From a virus: a stretch of DNA of 64,000 nt. Made by a program: the position numbers and the translations under genes. The DNA lies in the IMG/VR virus record IMGVR_UViG_3300049046_000039, positions 1 through 64,000 of that record; one strand, given 5' to 3'. A model generated the notes under the pieces. That model was not told where the DNA came from, did not search any database, and saw nothing but the letters and a program-made list of their open reading frames with translations. Of this stretch, positions 48,044 to 57,336 are shown piece after piece (the stretch's first letter is position 1; each line of letters starts with the position of its first letter).

Positions 48044-48925
48044 TCAAAACTCGTTGATGTGTTCCATTAGGTGTTTCATTCGATTGTTGATAAGATAGTT
48101 GAAGATCTTATCGCGAGACTTACCAGCCTCGGCTTCGTACGCTTCGAAGATCTTATTCTTAACGTCTTCAGGAATTTGGCTAAGATCGATCATCTGCTTG
48201 TTGCGAAGATAGTTTCTGTGAGCCATCGACAGCTTAGGGTCTCTTAAGATCTCGCTCCAGTCTCCGCTCTTTACTGCTTTTGTAAGAGTTGCTAGTCTAG
48301 GCTTAGTCATCGTTGACTGTCTAATGCCAAGAACGATAGCATTGTCGGCCGAAAGAACGTTAGGAACGCCGTCTCCTCTGTCACCCTTGAGGACGTGCTC
48401 GATCAGGTATTCTTCTGGGTTGTTCTCAGTGATCTTCTTAGAGCGAACTGGATCGTACTGCTCTACATTCATGTATGACTGAAGCTGCTTGAAGTCCTTG
48501 TCGCCCGAGATAATCAGTATCTGTTCGCCGCCTGGAAGGTTAGAACCGTACTTATGGCATAACGCACCGATGATGTCATCGGCCTCGGCACCATCTACTT
48601 CCACTACTCTGTAGGGAAAATTATGCTTAAGATCGCTCCTAACTTCTCTAAGAGCATTGTGGATGCCCTCCCAGTCGAGAGTGGACGCATCTCGATCTTT
48701 TATGCGACTGGCCTTGTAGTATGGAAAGACTTCTCTACGCCACGACCTGCCAGTGTCGGTAGCGATAACAAGTTCACCGTACTTAGACCTGAACTTATTT
48801 CGATATGAGCGAAGAGAGTTGAGAACCATGTGCTTGAACATGTTGGTCTCGATAGTGCCGCCAGAGTTACCCATCTGCATCATGATAGATGCGATCATAA
48901 CCTGCTGTAAGTCTACAATAATCAA
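48044..48925 (-). CDS. rnh: T4-type RNase H / 5'-3' exonuclease
   Basis: IIVD; WRR..FPYYK..R; GAEADDII; ISGDKDF.QL; GDRGDGVPN. Confidence 0.93.
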   Translation of the reverse strand: MIIVDLQQVMIASIMMQMGNSGGTIETNMFKHMVLNSLRSYRNKFRSKYGELVIATDTGRSWRREVFPYYKASRIKDRDASTLDWEGIHNALREVRSDLKHNFPYRVVEVDGAEADDIIGALCHKYGSNLPGGEQILIISGDKDFKQLQSYMNVEQYDPVRSKKITENNPEEYLIEHVLKGDRGDGVPNVLSADNAIVLGIRQSTMTKPRLATLTKAVKSGDWSEILRDPKLSMAHRNYLRNKQMIDLSQIPEDVKNKIFEAYEAEAGKSRDKIFNYLINNRMKHLMEHINEF

Positions 48926-49254
48926 GTTTCGTCACTTTCGTCTTTAAAGTCTACGTATATGCCAGGCTCGATGAAGAGCATGTCGCCCTTGAACGTAAAC
49001 AAGTTTTCTGACACGTCTTGTACAGGATGGTATCTCTCTTGCAGCTTCATGAGATAAGATCGTATTGACTCATTAATGAGTGCCAGATCCTTAGTATATA
49101 CCATCTCACCTAAATTGTCAAAGCCTTCATCACGCATCCACTCGAAAAGTGATTCCGTAAGACTTTCGACAAGTACGTCTAGTAGGTCTTCTTTGTAGGG
49201 TTCTGCCGAATACGATACGGAGTTAACCCACGGTCCGATAATAACTTCACCCAT
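48922..49254 (-). CDS. Hypothetical protein
   Basis: Packed between rnh and the glycosyltransferase; ESIRS.L......HP.Q. Confidence 0.65.
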   Translation of the reverse strand: MGEVIIGPWVNSVSYSAEPYKEDLLDVLVESLTESLFEWMRDEGFDNLGEMVYTKDLALINESIRSYLMKLQERYHPVQDVSENLFTFKGDMLFIEPGIYVDFKDESDET

Positions 49255-49255
49255 A

Positions 49256-50257
49256 TTAAGCTCTATACGTAAAGCCAGCCTTGGGTAGCGCTTTGTCGGG
49301 ATTGCGCATGGTTATTTCTGTTAGAAGCCCAGTCCACTGACTAGACTTGATGAACCAGTTAAATCTGTAGTCAGCGTTAGTCTTCGCCAGCTTGATGATT
49401 GCTCCTGTCGAATCGTCGCTGTAGTGAGTGACGCATCCCTTTAGCAGATGATAGAGCTTAGTAGCGTGAGCGTTCTCGTCTTCATGGTACTGGTACATGT
49501 GAGTGTGACCGCCCGAAGTGTCTGACAGTGCGCCGAAGTTAGAGTGAACGCACATGAGTCCGGCCGACATCGCCTCGATCAAGCATAAGCAGCTCGTCTC
49601 TGGCCACTTAGAAGGATACGCGAAGATGTGTCCCTCGTTGGCTAGATAGTGTCTGATCTCGTCGTTAGACTTAGTGCCGTGATAGTTAACCTGAGGATGT
49701 TCTCGTAGAGCTTCAAATAGTTCCTTGTAGCTCTCGTCTCTCTGCTCCCATCCGTAGAGCTTAAACGAAGAGAAGACGTCTAGTACTATGTCGTCTCGCT
49801 CTTTTGCCAGAGCCTCGAATGCGGCGAATAGAATGTTTAGTCCGCGATGAGGCGTTGGGGTGTAGCAGATTCTGATAGGACCGTCGCCTACTGGCTTATG
49901 CTCTCCATCGACGATCGGTATAATCGAGTTCTCGATAACTTCGCAGTGAGACCACGGTATGTTGTAGTACGAAACGTAAGCCTGCATCTGCCAGTTACTT
50001 ACGAACACTATCTTGTGGAACTTTCTCCACCCTCCATTGTGGAGGAACTCAGACTCTGGATCGCCAGGCAGATCGTGCGCATAGAAAATACGGAACCTAG
50101 ACTCATCCAGGTCCCGTACTCTAGAAAACACGATCTGAAATTGCTCTAGTAGTTCTCGAGGAACGCGGCCGTCGTATAGCCGTTCTTGCAGAAGCTCCGT
50201 TCCGCCTCTAGAGTTCTTGTTTGTTTCGTTACGCTCAATTAGATCGATATTTGTCAT
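49256..50257 (-). CDS. GT-B glycosyltransferase
   Basis: GGTE; FVS.WQ; YTPTPHRGL; FAYPS.WPETSC...IEAMSAG. Confidence 0.88.
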   Translation of the reverse strand: MTNIDLIERNETNKNSRGGTELLQERLYDGRVPRELLEQFQIVFSRVRDLDESRFRIFYAHDLPGDPESEFLHNGGWRKFHKIVFVSNWQMQAYVSYYNIPWSHCEVIENSIIPIVDGEHKPVGDGPIRICYTPTPHRGLNILFAAFEALAKERDDIVLDVFSSFKLYGWEQRDESYKELFEALREHPQVNYHGTKSNDEIRHYLANEGHIFAYPSKWPETSCLCLIEAMSAGLMCVHSNFGALSDTSGGHTHMYQYHEDENAHATKLYHLLKGCVTHYSDDSTGAIIKLAKTNADYRFNWFIKSSQWTGLLTEITMRNPDKALPKAGFTYRA

Positions 50258-50523
50258 TTACTACCATACATTTCCTCGGCAGCTATTCTCTGTTCTCGTC
50301 GTCTGCATTCAGCAAACAGAGCGTCGTCTGGAATGCTGCTGAGGAGTTCTTTCTGTTGTTCGGTGAGGTGAGTGCAATAGTATCCATAGTCTTCTGGATT
50401 CTTACCGAGCACGTTCTTGATGTAGTTGTACGTGCTGTCGGGATGCTCGGGATGGAGAGAGTCTCGAAGAACTCGAATTCCGAGTCCAGAAGTCCAAACT
50501 GGAACTTGTATTTCATCACTCAT
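50254..50523 (-). CDS. Hypothetical protein
   Basis: ATGA-coupled to the glycosyltransferase. Confidence 0.5.
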   Translation of the reverse strand: MSDEIQVPVWTSGLGIRVLRDSLHPEHPDSTYNYIKNVLGKNPEDYGYYCTHLTEQQKELLSSIPDDALFAECRRREQRIAAEEMYGSK

Positions 50524-50553
50524 TATATATCACCTCAGTCAGAATGTCAAGGC

Positions 50554-51180
50554 TTAATCACACTTGATAGTTCTCTCGATCTTCTGCAGTCGCATGATGT
50601 CAGCTGCCAAGTCGTGAATGCAGTTATGCTCTTCGAAGTGCTGAGCCCAGAGAGCCTCGTCGTCAATAGGACAGAATCCGTTCTTTACGTTAGGATTGAA
50701 GTCGAACTGCGTGTCGATGTAGGTTCTAGTATCGCGAACTAGCCAGAACTTCATAACCTCGTCCATCTTATCGCGGCCGATGCTCTCGTTAAAGAGGCGA
50801 GCCATGATGACAGGATCGAAGGTGTTAGCTCTCGACCACCACCGAAAGAGCTTTGGCTGACTCTTAAGATAGTTGTAGATGATGGTGCAGAACTCTTCTA
50901 CACTAACGTCTTCGGGAGACGGCTTAAGCTGGTTCTGAACCTTAGGTGGAAGTGACATCCACCAGTCGATATCGCGCTTGTTATACTTACATCCAGCAGC
51001 CAGCTGAGACTTGATGTCGAGCTTGGCGAACTGAATATTGCTTACTAGCTCGTTAAACGTATAGGGCTTGTCGGACGTAAATCGGTCCCAGTCGAAGACG
51101 TAGTACGCGCAGTTGACTACTGGAATCTTGAATACATCCTGTCCAATAGTCTCAAAGTCAAAGATAAAGTGATTATTCAT
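50554..51180 (-). CDS. DEDD 3'-5' exonuclease (DexA-like)
   Basis: FDFETIG; W.R...FD; RDTRT; H.C.HD...D. Confidence 0.8.
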   Translation of the reverse strand: MNNHFIFDFETIGQDVFKIPVVNCAYYVFDWDRFTSDKPYTFNELVSNIQFAKLDIKSQLAAGCKYNKRDIDWWMSLPPKVQNQLKPSPEDVSVEEFCTIIYNYLKSQPKLFRWWSRANTFDPVIMARLFNESIGRDKMDEVMKFWLVRDTRTYIDTQFDFNPNVKNGFCPIDDEALWAQHFEEHNCIHDLAADIMRLQKIERTIKCD

Positions 51181-51249
51181 GGATAATGTTATGGCTCAGA
51201 TGGCCAGAAAATGGCCTAGAAATGGAAACACTAGTAATACATGGTATGC

Positions 51250-51480
51250 CTACCATGGCTGGTCTGGCATTGACATGTTATCATCTAGAGGGTACAGTAT
51301 TGGCTCGTTAGTGAGGTATTCTGATGGAAGATCGTCACCGCACGAGTAGTCAGACATGTTAACGTTTATGCCGACTTGAAATGTTTGATTGGCTGTAGTT
51401 CGAGGATGAAAGCACGGACGAACAGGTCCTGTTACGCATCCAGAAAGCAGAAGTGCGGCGATGAGAACACTAGCCCTCAT
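51250..51480 (-). CDS. Small lipoprotein
   Basis: MRASVLIAALLLSGC lipobox. Confidence 0.6.
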   Translation of the reverse strand: MRASVLIAALLLSGCVTGPVRPCFHPRTTANQTFQVGINVNMSDYSCGDDLPSEYLTNEPILYPLDDNMSMPDQPW

Positions 51481-52030
51481 CGCCGTCTTTTCCAAAGACT
51501 TCATTAAAGTCACTGTAGCCTTCAGGAAGAGGGTCGCCTTCCTTATAGTCGGCAAAGTCGCGCTGGACCTGTTCTGCCATGTCTATAAGACTGTCTCTCT
51601 TCTCTTCCATAGTTTCGGGCCAGCCGAACCAAGTCATCTCGTAGTAGATGTGAGCTGCAAGTTCGTTAGTCGAGAGGTTCTTGTTAGTCTCGTCCTCGAC
51701 TTCCATCTCTTTCCAGACACCCCAGTCAGTCATGCTAAGACTGTAGACTTGCTTCGGGTCTAGAACCCTTCTAGCGCCAACGTGGAAGTACTGGTCGTGG
51801 TACTTGTCGTTATTAGGCCCGCCCCACTTTTGGTCGACCCACTCGATGACGACCTTACACTGGTCGTCACCTTCGTTAATGCCGATAGTAAAGTTAATGC
51901 GTTCGCGAAAGCGATCAAAGACTTCGGGCGACCCCCATCCGTCGTTACGCTCTCCGCTGTTGTAGGTCTCGTTATAGATACGAGCTACTTCAGAAGCATC
52001 AGCTTGATTAATAAGCTGGCCGACTTTCAT
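51470..52030 (-). CDS. Hypothetical protein
   Basis: YSLS...W..W; AH..YEMTWFG. Confidence 0.7.
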   Translation of the reverse strand: MKVGQLINQADASEVARIYNETYNSGERNDGWGSPEVFDRFRERINFTIGINEGDDQCKVVIEWVDQKWGGPNNDKYHDQYFHVGARRVLDPKQVYSLSMTDWGVWKEMEVEDETNKNLSTNELAAHIYYEMTWFGWPETMEEKRDSLIDMAEQVQRDFADYKEGDPLPEGYSDFNEVFGKDGDEG

Positions 52031-52509
52031 TATATAACTCCTAGTTCTCTCAGTTGTCTGATGCTGTTTTCAGCCGAAGTGTGGTGGATGAATACGTCAC
52101 CGTTCTCCTCCCAAGCGTCCTTATACTTAGTCCAGTCGTCGACTAGAACGTTAGTAACGCTAGGGTCCTTAGCTAGCTTCTTGTCCTTCGAAGCGCAGCA
52201 GGTCATCGGAAGATCGGGATAGTTATCCATCCTCCACGTCAGCTTCTCTTTGATAGCCCACGAACCGTTAGGTATGCCAGTAAGGATAGTGGGACGAGTA
52301 TGTCTAACAGCTTCAACGAGATTATCAGCATCTGGCATCTTCTTTAGTTGGTTGAAGAACCCTCCCTTAGCATGAGAGATGATCTTCCAGAACGGACCAG
52401 TTCCATGGCGCTCTTCGTAGCTGCGCGGATTGTGTCCAGTCAGTTCTTCGAAGTGTCTGTCAAAGTCAGCCAGAACACCGTCACAGTCTAAAAAGAGCTT
52501 AAACGTCAT
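52030..52509 (-). CDS. HAD-family 5'(3')-deoxyribonucleotidase-like protein
   Basis: FLDCDGVLADF; ILTG; LVDD; W...G..FI.H. Confidence 0.85.
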   Translation of the reverse strand: MTFKLFLDCDGVLADFDRHFEELTGHNPRSYEERHGTGPFWKIISHAKGGFFNQLKKMPDADNLVEAVRHTRPTILTGIPNGSWAIKEKLTWRMDNYPDLPMTCCASKDKKLAKDPSVTNVLVDDWTKYKDAWEENGDVFIHHTSAENSIRQLRELGVI

Positions 52510-52838
52510 AATACTTCCATATCTACTCTAGCTACTCCTCGATTGAGGATGCCTATCGCTCTCGCCGCGCCTCGAGACAAGTCTATCTCTCGATGCTTAT
52601 TAAACGGACCGCGATCATTGATGGTCACTACTACAGACTTATGGTTAGAGATGTTCGTCACTCTAACTTTAGTACCGAACGGAAGAGTTCGGTGTGCGGC
52701 CGTCAGGCCGTCTGGTTTGAATCTCTCACCACTGGCTGTAGTATGTCCGTGGTGATAGTAAGATGCTACAACTTCCTTAGCTGCAGTTGGGAATGCAGCT
52801 AAAGTAATAGCTGCTGCGATGATACACACTTTGCGCAT
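52506..52838 (-). CDS. rlpA: RlpA-family lytic transglycosylase (DPBB)
   Basis: ASYY...TASGE.F....LTAAHRTLPFGT.V.VTN...INDRGPF...R.IDLS..AA. Confidence 0.92.
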   Translation of the reverse strand: MRKVCIIAAAITLAAFPTAAKEVVASYYHHGHTTASGERFKPDGLTAAHRTLPFGTKVRVTNISNHKSVVVTINDRGPFNKHREIDLSRGAARAIGILNRGVARVDMEVL

Positions 52839-52888
52839 CGTTGGTCCTTTCCTTGTTTAAGGGATTGGTCAACGGCCTTAGGTTGTAC

Positions 52889-53158
52889 TCAGGGAGCAGG
52901 ATTAAAGACGTGGTTGACTCGGTCTAACCGGAAAGCTCTCCAGTCGGACTTATCCATGTCCCAGACAGAAACAGAAAGATCGCTGTCATTAGCAGACCTC
53001 TGTTCGTATGCTGGGGTGTATGTTTCCATTTCCTTTTCGAGAATGGTTGGGTTTAGGGTGCAGCGCATGTCGCGCTTGCTACCGTCGGCTTTTGTAAAGT
53101 TTACGAGGATAACACCCTGGCGGAGTTCATTAAGCATTTCTTCACGATTTAGTAACAT
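52889..53158 (-). CDS. SH3/WYL-like beta-barrel protein
   Basis: V.FTKADGS.R.MRCTL; VWD..K.DWR.FR.D. Confidence 0.75.
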   Translation of the reverse strand: MLLNREEMLNELRQGVILVNFTKADGSKRDMRCTLNPTILEKEMETYTPAYEQRSANDSDLSVSVWDMDKSDWRAFRLDRVNHVFNPAP

Positions 53159-53382
53159 TATTTTAAGTGCTCTCTCAATTCAGTAAATCCTCCGATGTAA
53201 GTTCCATCTTCGGTTTCAATTTGCGGAAAAGTTTTCGCGTCGGGAAACTTTTCCAGAAGCTCTTCACGAGTAAAGTCTTCGTCTAGACTCTTGTACTCGT
53301 AAGTGTGTCCAGCGCTCTTTATAGCGATAATCGCTCTAGTGCAGAACTGACACTGTGGTTTACCATAAACAACGTATTGCAT
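53158..53382 (-). CDS. Glutaredoxin
   Basis: CQFC; TFPQI; YIGGFTEL. Confidence 0.9.
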   Translation of the reverse strand: MQYVVYGKPQCQFCTRAIIAIKSAGHTYEYKSLDEDFTREELLEKFPDAKTFPQIETEDGTYIGGFTELREHLK

Positions 53383-53432
53383 GTGTTCTCTAACATTAAG
53401 GGGCGCCAGACAAACTAGCGCCCCTGAAGGTA

Positions 53433-53506
53433 TGGTGCTTTCTAACAGAATCGAACTGTTGATCCCGGGTTACAAAGCCGGTGTTATACCACTTAACTAA
53501 GAAAGC
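53433..53506 (-). tRNA. tRNA-Thr(UGU)
   Basis: Full cloverleaf, anticodon loop TT-TGT-AA, encoded CCA; late promoter TATAAATA at 53515-53522. Confidence 0.9.
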
Positions 53507-53523
53507 GTGTCGGTTATTTATAC

Positions 53524-54129
53524 TCAGAGATTGTGAGTATACTGACCGAAGTTCGGATGGCCGTATTGCTCTCGACGAGCCTTGATCTTGGCGCGAAGCT
53601 CGCTGAGCTCGATAGGACGATAGTCGATCTGCTCGACAGAGACGTTCATGTACAGAGGATCTGGCCAGTATGTGTACTCATTGTCGAATGAGTTAAAGTC
53701 TCGCTTCATTACTTCATTAGCGTGAAGGTGACCGTGAACGTTAACGTTCCAGCGCTGAGTTACCGACTCGGGGTGAAGTGGGACGTGCGAGAGGACCATG
53801 TCTTCCAGAACACGAACGCCATAGACTTCCTTGAAGTACTTCAAGTAGTCTTTGATCTTTCCATTGTCGTGGTTGCCACGAATCAGACGCTTAGAACCGT
53901 TAAGTCTCTCGAGAGTCGAGAGAAACTTAAGATTGATCACTACGTCTCCGAGGTGGTAGACCTTATCCTGCTCTCGTACCACCTCGTTCCAGCGACGCAC
54001 CATCTCTTCGTCCATCTCCTGAGCATTAGCGAAGGGACGAAGTGGCGAACCATCTTTGCGCTTGAACGTCGTGCAACACTTTTCGTGGCCGAAGTGAGTG
54101 TCAGAAATAAAGAAGATGTTCGCCGACAT
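53524..54129 (-). CDS. Calcineurin-like metallophosphoesterase
   Basis: SDTHFGH, LGD, GNHD, SH.P, HGHLH. Confidence 0.92.
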   Translation of the reverse strand: MSANIFFISDTHFGHEKCCTTFKRKDGSPLRPFANAQEMDEEMVRRWNEVVREQDKVYHLGDVVINLKFLSTLERLNGSKRLIRGNHDNGKIKDYLKYFKEVYGVRVLEDMVLSHVPLHPESVTQRWNVNVHGHLHANEVMKRDFNSFDNEYTYWPDPLYMNVSVEQIDYRPIELSELRAKIKARREQYGHPNFGQYTHNL

Positions 54130-54233
54130 AGTTACGTTCTCAGATGTTTTCTAAAAGCTTTGCGGCAGCAAAACCGATAATGCCGCCAATGATTAGCCCA
54201 GTGATCATAGTATATACTCTTTTCTTGGAAATG

Positions 54234-55391
54234 TCAAACAATAATGTGAGGAACGAATTTTGCAGTATTGCTAGTAATGAGGCCGTCCTCACGAATGCCC
54301 ATACCTACTGCAGCACCGTCGACCGACCAGACGCCGAGTACGGGATACTTACCACTGAACTCAGGAAGAGAGTAGCGCTCTTGATAGACGTAGCCGTCAG
54401 AACCGTACTCGCCACCGGTCGCGCTAAGAGTCTTACCGAACTGGTCCTTGACAAGGATGTTCGAACCTTCGCGAGCCAGAATAGGCTTCGAGACGTATCC
54501 GCTGGAGAAGTCACGATTGTTGACCGGAACTTCGAAGCTTGCGGCAAGGAGGTTCTTATGATTTGGGAACATCTTCCACAGAATCGGAAGAATCGCCTTG
54601 TTAGACCAGATCATCTTCCAGACAGGTTCGATCCACGTGGTGATGTCGGCTGAAGCGAGAATGTTGTTAGCGAACTTCTCGTTGACCATCCACTCCCAAG
54701 GATAGAGATGCTGAATCGTCGACATATGGTAATTGTCGAGATCAACGAAAGCTTCGCCATCCCAACCGATGTCGTTGATCAGAATACCGTGACTGATGAT
54801 GCCGGCTTCTTCTGCCATATCTCGCATGTAGGAGACATTGACGGCATCTTCACCGGCACCATCGTCGGCGTGAGTAAACCAGACGTGCTTCTCAGGAAGC
54901 AGAGGAGCGATGTACTTCCAGCGCTCGACGATAGCTTCGTGAATGCCATTGAACTGATCCACGCCCTCGCCGAACATGTCGTTCTTCCAGTGCCATTGGA
55001 CTACCGAAGCTTCGAGAAGACTGGTCGGAGTGTCGCAGTTGAACTCGAACATCTTGGGGTCGGTGCGACCGTCATAACCAAAGTCGAAGCGACCGTAGTT
55101 AAGAGCCGGTGGCTCGCTATCCCAAGTGTCGATAATGTACTGGTGGAAGTGAGGAGGAATCCCAAACTGGTTGAGGATGTGGTAGTTAGAGACGATATAG
55201 TCTCCAGCTACAATCATCATCTTGTAGCAGTTGTTAGCCGCTTCCTCAATTCTCTCGATGTCTGAAGACGAGAATGCGTAGTATGCGTCCTCGTTCCAGT
55301 AAGGTTCGGCCGAAGCACTGTGCCAGAGAAGACCCTGACCCTCGACGATCGCCTTCCAATTGTGGCGAGGAGTTGAAGAGTGACGCAGCAT
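54234..55391 (-). CDS. Glutathionylspermidine-synthase-family ATP-grasp protein (YgiC-like)
   Basis: YW.E..YY; GRFDF; FEFNCDTPTSLLEAS; LYPWEW; EP.WK...SNKA; KP...REG.N; GIRED. Confidence 0.9.
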   Translation of the reverse strand: MLRHSSTPRHNWKAIVEGQGLLWHSASAEPYWNEDAYYAFSSSDIERIEEAANNCYKMMIVAGDYIVSNYHILNQFGIPPHFHQYIIDTWDSEPPALNYGRFDFGYDGRTDPKMFEFNCDTPTSLLEASVVQWHWKNDMFGEGVDQFNGIHEAIVERWKYIAPLLPEKHVWFTHADDGAGEDAVNVSYMRDMAEEAGIISHGILINDIGWDGEAFVDLDNYHMSTIQHLYPWEWMVNEKFANNILASADITTWIEPVWKMIWSNKAILPILWKMFPNHKNLLAASFEVPVNNRDFSSGYVSKPILAREGSNILVKDQFGKTLSATGGEYGSDGYVYQERYSLPEFSGKYPVLGVWSVDGAAVGMGIREDGLITSNTAKFVPHIIV

Positions 55392-55768
55392 TACGAAGAC
55401 GCCGAACCGTACGAGCTGGCCGAAGAGCCGAAGCCGCCGCGCTGGACGGTGCTGTTGCTCTTGGTGTAGCTGGTAGAGGAAGGCTTGTTGTATGTGCCAT
55501 AGCTGCGAGGAATGGTAGAGCCGTACGCAGGAACTCGCTGGCCATTGTTCATGAAGAACATGCCGTAGTATCCGCCGCCACCACCCGAAGAACCACGGCA
55601 GTAGCTGTCAGCTACACGCTTGTTAGTGCGCTTGTCGACACATGCGGCGTTGCGACGCTTATCGTCATCATCGTCGTCGTAGTAGTCCGTACGAGGCTGA
55701 CCACATCCAGCAACGGTCACTGCGAGAGCGGTAGCGACCGCCGTGGTAATATTCAGAGTCTTCTTCAT
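55391..55768 (-). CDS. YgiB-like lipoprotein
   Basis: Lipobox VAGC; C-terminal TVQRGGFGSS; coupled to the YgiC-like gene. Confidence 0.75.
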   Translation of the reverse strand: MKKTLNITTAVATALAVTVAGCGQPRTDYYDDDDDDKRRNAACVDKRTNKRVADSYCRGSSGGGGGYYGMFFMNNGQRVPAYGSTIPRSYGTYNKPSSTSYTKSNSTVQRGGFGSSASSYGSASS

Positions 55769-55823
55769 AATATCTCCTATTGTGGAGTGGCGATTACTAC
55801 CACCACTCCCATTTAGAATTCAC

Positions 55824-56507
55824 TTAGTACTGGTCGAACTTAAGCAAATTATATCCTCTTAGCAAGCCGCGCTTATGTTCTTCCAGAGGATATACTCCAA
55901 TCGAAGTCTTTTGATTTCCGATGTCCGGTTCTCTAAACACTACGTATGGAACTTTCATGCTCCCCAGAACTTTCTCTACTTCTTCGAGCTCGTACGCGTT
56001 ACGTACTCCGCAGCAAGTAAAGTGTAAGCCCTTAACGAGTTCTGGAGACTTTTGAGCGATGAGTGCGCCAAGTTCGAGAGCAGCGTGAGACGTCTGAACC
56101 AGCTGATACTCGTCGAAGATGTCTTGACGAGTGAAGAAGTAGGAGTACCTCCTGATCAGGAGCGCTCTATTTACGCTTAATCTAAGCGCGTGAAGCTCGG
56201 CGTGCTCTTCTTCGGTCAGAACTTCAGCAGCGTTTTGACCTAGAACAAAGTTCTTCAGACCAATGAGCATGCCGTTGTAGTTGTTGGTGATTGCGTCGAA
56301 TGGAACTCTACCGTTCGCCAGCTTGGACACCTTACTGACCGGAGGAAATGCTCGACGGAGAAGGTGAATGGCGATGTCTCTCTTATCGTCGAGAGATTCT
56401 GCACGGGAGTTGATAGCCTTTAGAAGACAGTAGTCGATCATGTCTCGCGTAGTGTTCTTCTTTTGAGAGGCGAGAGTCTTCCAGGCGGTTTTGTAATCAA
56501 AGTTCAT
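55824..56507 (-). CDS. Protein with a C-terminal peptidyl-tRNA hydrolase type 2 (PTH2)-like domain
   Basis: Y.F.RQDI....Q.VQ..HA; F.EPDIG...T.I...P; AAGGA RBS before ATG 56507. Confidence 0.7.
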   Translation of the reverse strand: MNFDYKTAWKTLASQKKNTTRDMIDYCLLKAINSRAESLDDKRDIAIHLLRRAFPPVSKVSKLANGRVPFDAITNNYNGMLIGLKNFVLGQNAAEVLTEEEHAELHALRLSVNRALLIRRYSYFFTRQDIFDEYQLVQTSHAALELGALIAQKSPELVKGLHFTCCGVRNAYELEEVEKVLGSMKVPYVVFREPDIGNQKTSIGVYPLEEHKRGLLRGYNLLKFDQY

Positions 56508-56578
56508 TATTGAATTCCTTAATCTTGAGTAATATAACACGTAATAAAACAAATGTAAATAACATTTTTACGGTAAGA

Positions 56579-56608
56579 TTAAGGCGGGCCGGTTGAGTTC
56601 TAACGCAT
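56579..56608 (-). CDS. Leader mini-ORF M-R-(TAG)-N-S-T-G-P-P-stop
   Basis: AGGAG RBS and TAATG coupling; ATG CGT TAG AAC TCA ACC GGC CCG CCT TAA. Confidence 0.65.
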
Positions 56609-56859
56609 TACTCTTCTCCTGATATTGTTGCGACACCGTCAACAATTTCTACCGAGCACTTCTTGAGCTTGATAGAGCCTTTGGTGTGTGAGTTGTCTGG
56701 AGTTTCTTTTGTAGAGAAGCCGATGTTACAGTCGACATGGTCTACGTAAAACGTCTGCCCTTTTAGTTTAAGAACCCACATGGGAATCTTAGGATCGGCT
56801 AGGTGACCCTTATTGAAGTGAAATACTACTTCTTTACAGTTCTAAAAAGTCTGCTTCAT
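56608..56859 (-). CDS. Conserved-looking phage protein with an in-frame amber at codon 6 (83 aa on readthrough)
   Basis: AAGGA RBS; MKQTF*NCKEVVFHFNKGHLADPKIPMWVLK...STKETPDNSHTKGSIK...; missed by the ORF track. Confidence 0.75.
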
Positions 56860-56863
56860 TTTG

Positions 56864-57328
56864 TTATTCCTTAAATTCGCTAGTAACATTTACCAACTCT
56901 GTTGGCAGATAGAATACTTCAAAATCTTCAACTACTCTCCAGTATTCGCCGTCAGCCCACGATCCTACTAGTTCTGTTACAGCATCGCGAAGAATGTCTT
57001 CTACGTACTTAGAGTCTTCCTCAGAAAGAATGTGATAGTCGAATTCTTTTGGAACTGACACGTTATTCTGGTTATATGAGTCTACAATCTTCTTAAGATC
57101 TGGAACAAGCTCCGAGTCATTTTCACGACCCTCGTAGTCGCTATGTCTATCGACATTTCCATACTTACCACCATCGTAAGTCGACCTAAACATAAGAGCG
57201 ACGTCGACGTAGAACTTAACATGGTCTACTTCCAGACCAGTGAATTCTTTAGTCATGTAGTTGTCGGCGTCATTTTCCCAAGTGGTCAGCTTAAGAATGT
57301 ATCCAGGCTTAATGTTTGTCATAATCAC
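56864..57328 (-). CDS. Hypothetical protein
   Basis: I.PGY.L..TTWENDADNY.T motif. Confidence 0.75.
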   Translation of the reverse strand: MIMTNIKPGYILKLTTWENDADNYMTKEFTGLEVDHVKFYVDVALMFRSTYDGGKYGNVDRHSDYEGRENDSELVPDLKKIVDSYNQNNVSVPKEFDYHILSEEDSKYVEDILRDAVTELVGSWADGEYWRVVEDFEVFYLPTELVNVTSEFKE

Positions 57329-57336
57329 CTTAGTAA

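Noticed and set aside
50283-50519. Alternative-frame ORF MKYKFQFG... starting near a predicted TSS
   Set aside because: Its composition is less protein-like than the overlapping 50254..50523 frame, which is coupled to the next gene; cannot be resolved from sequence alone
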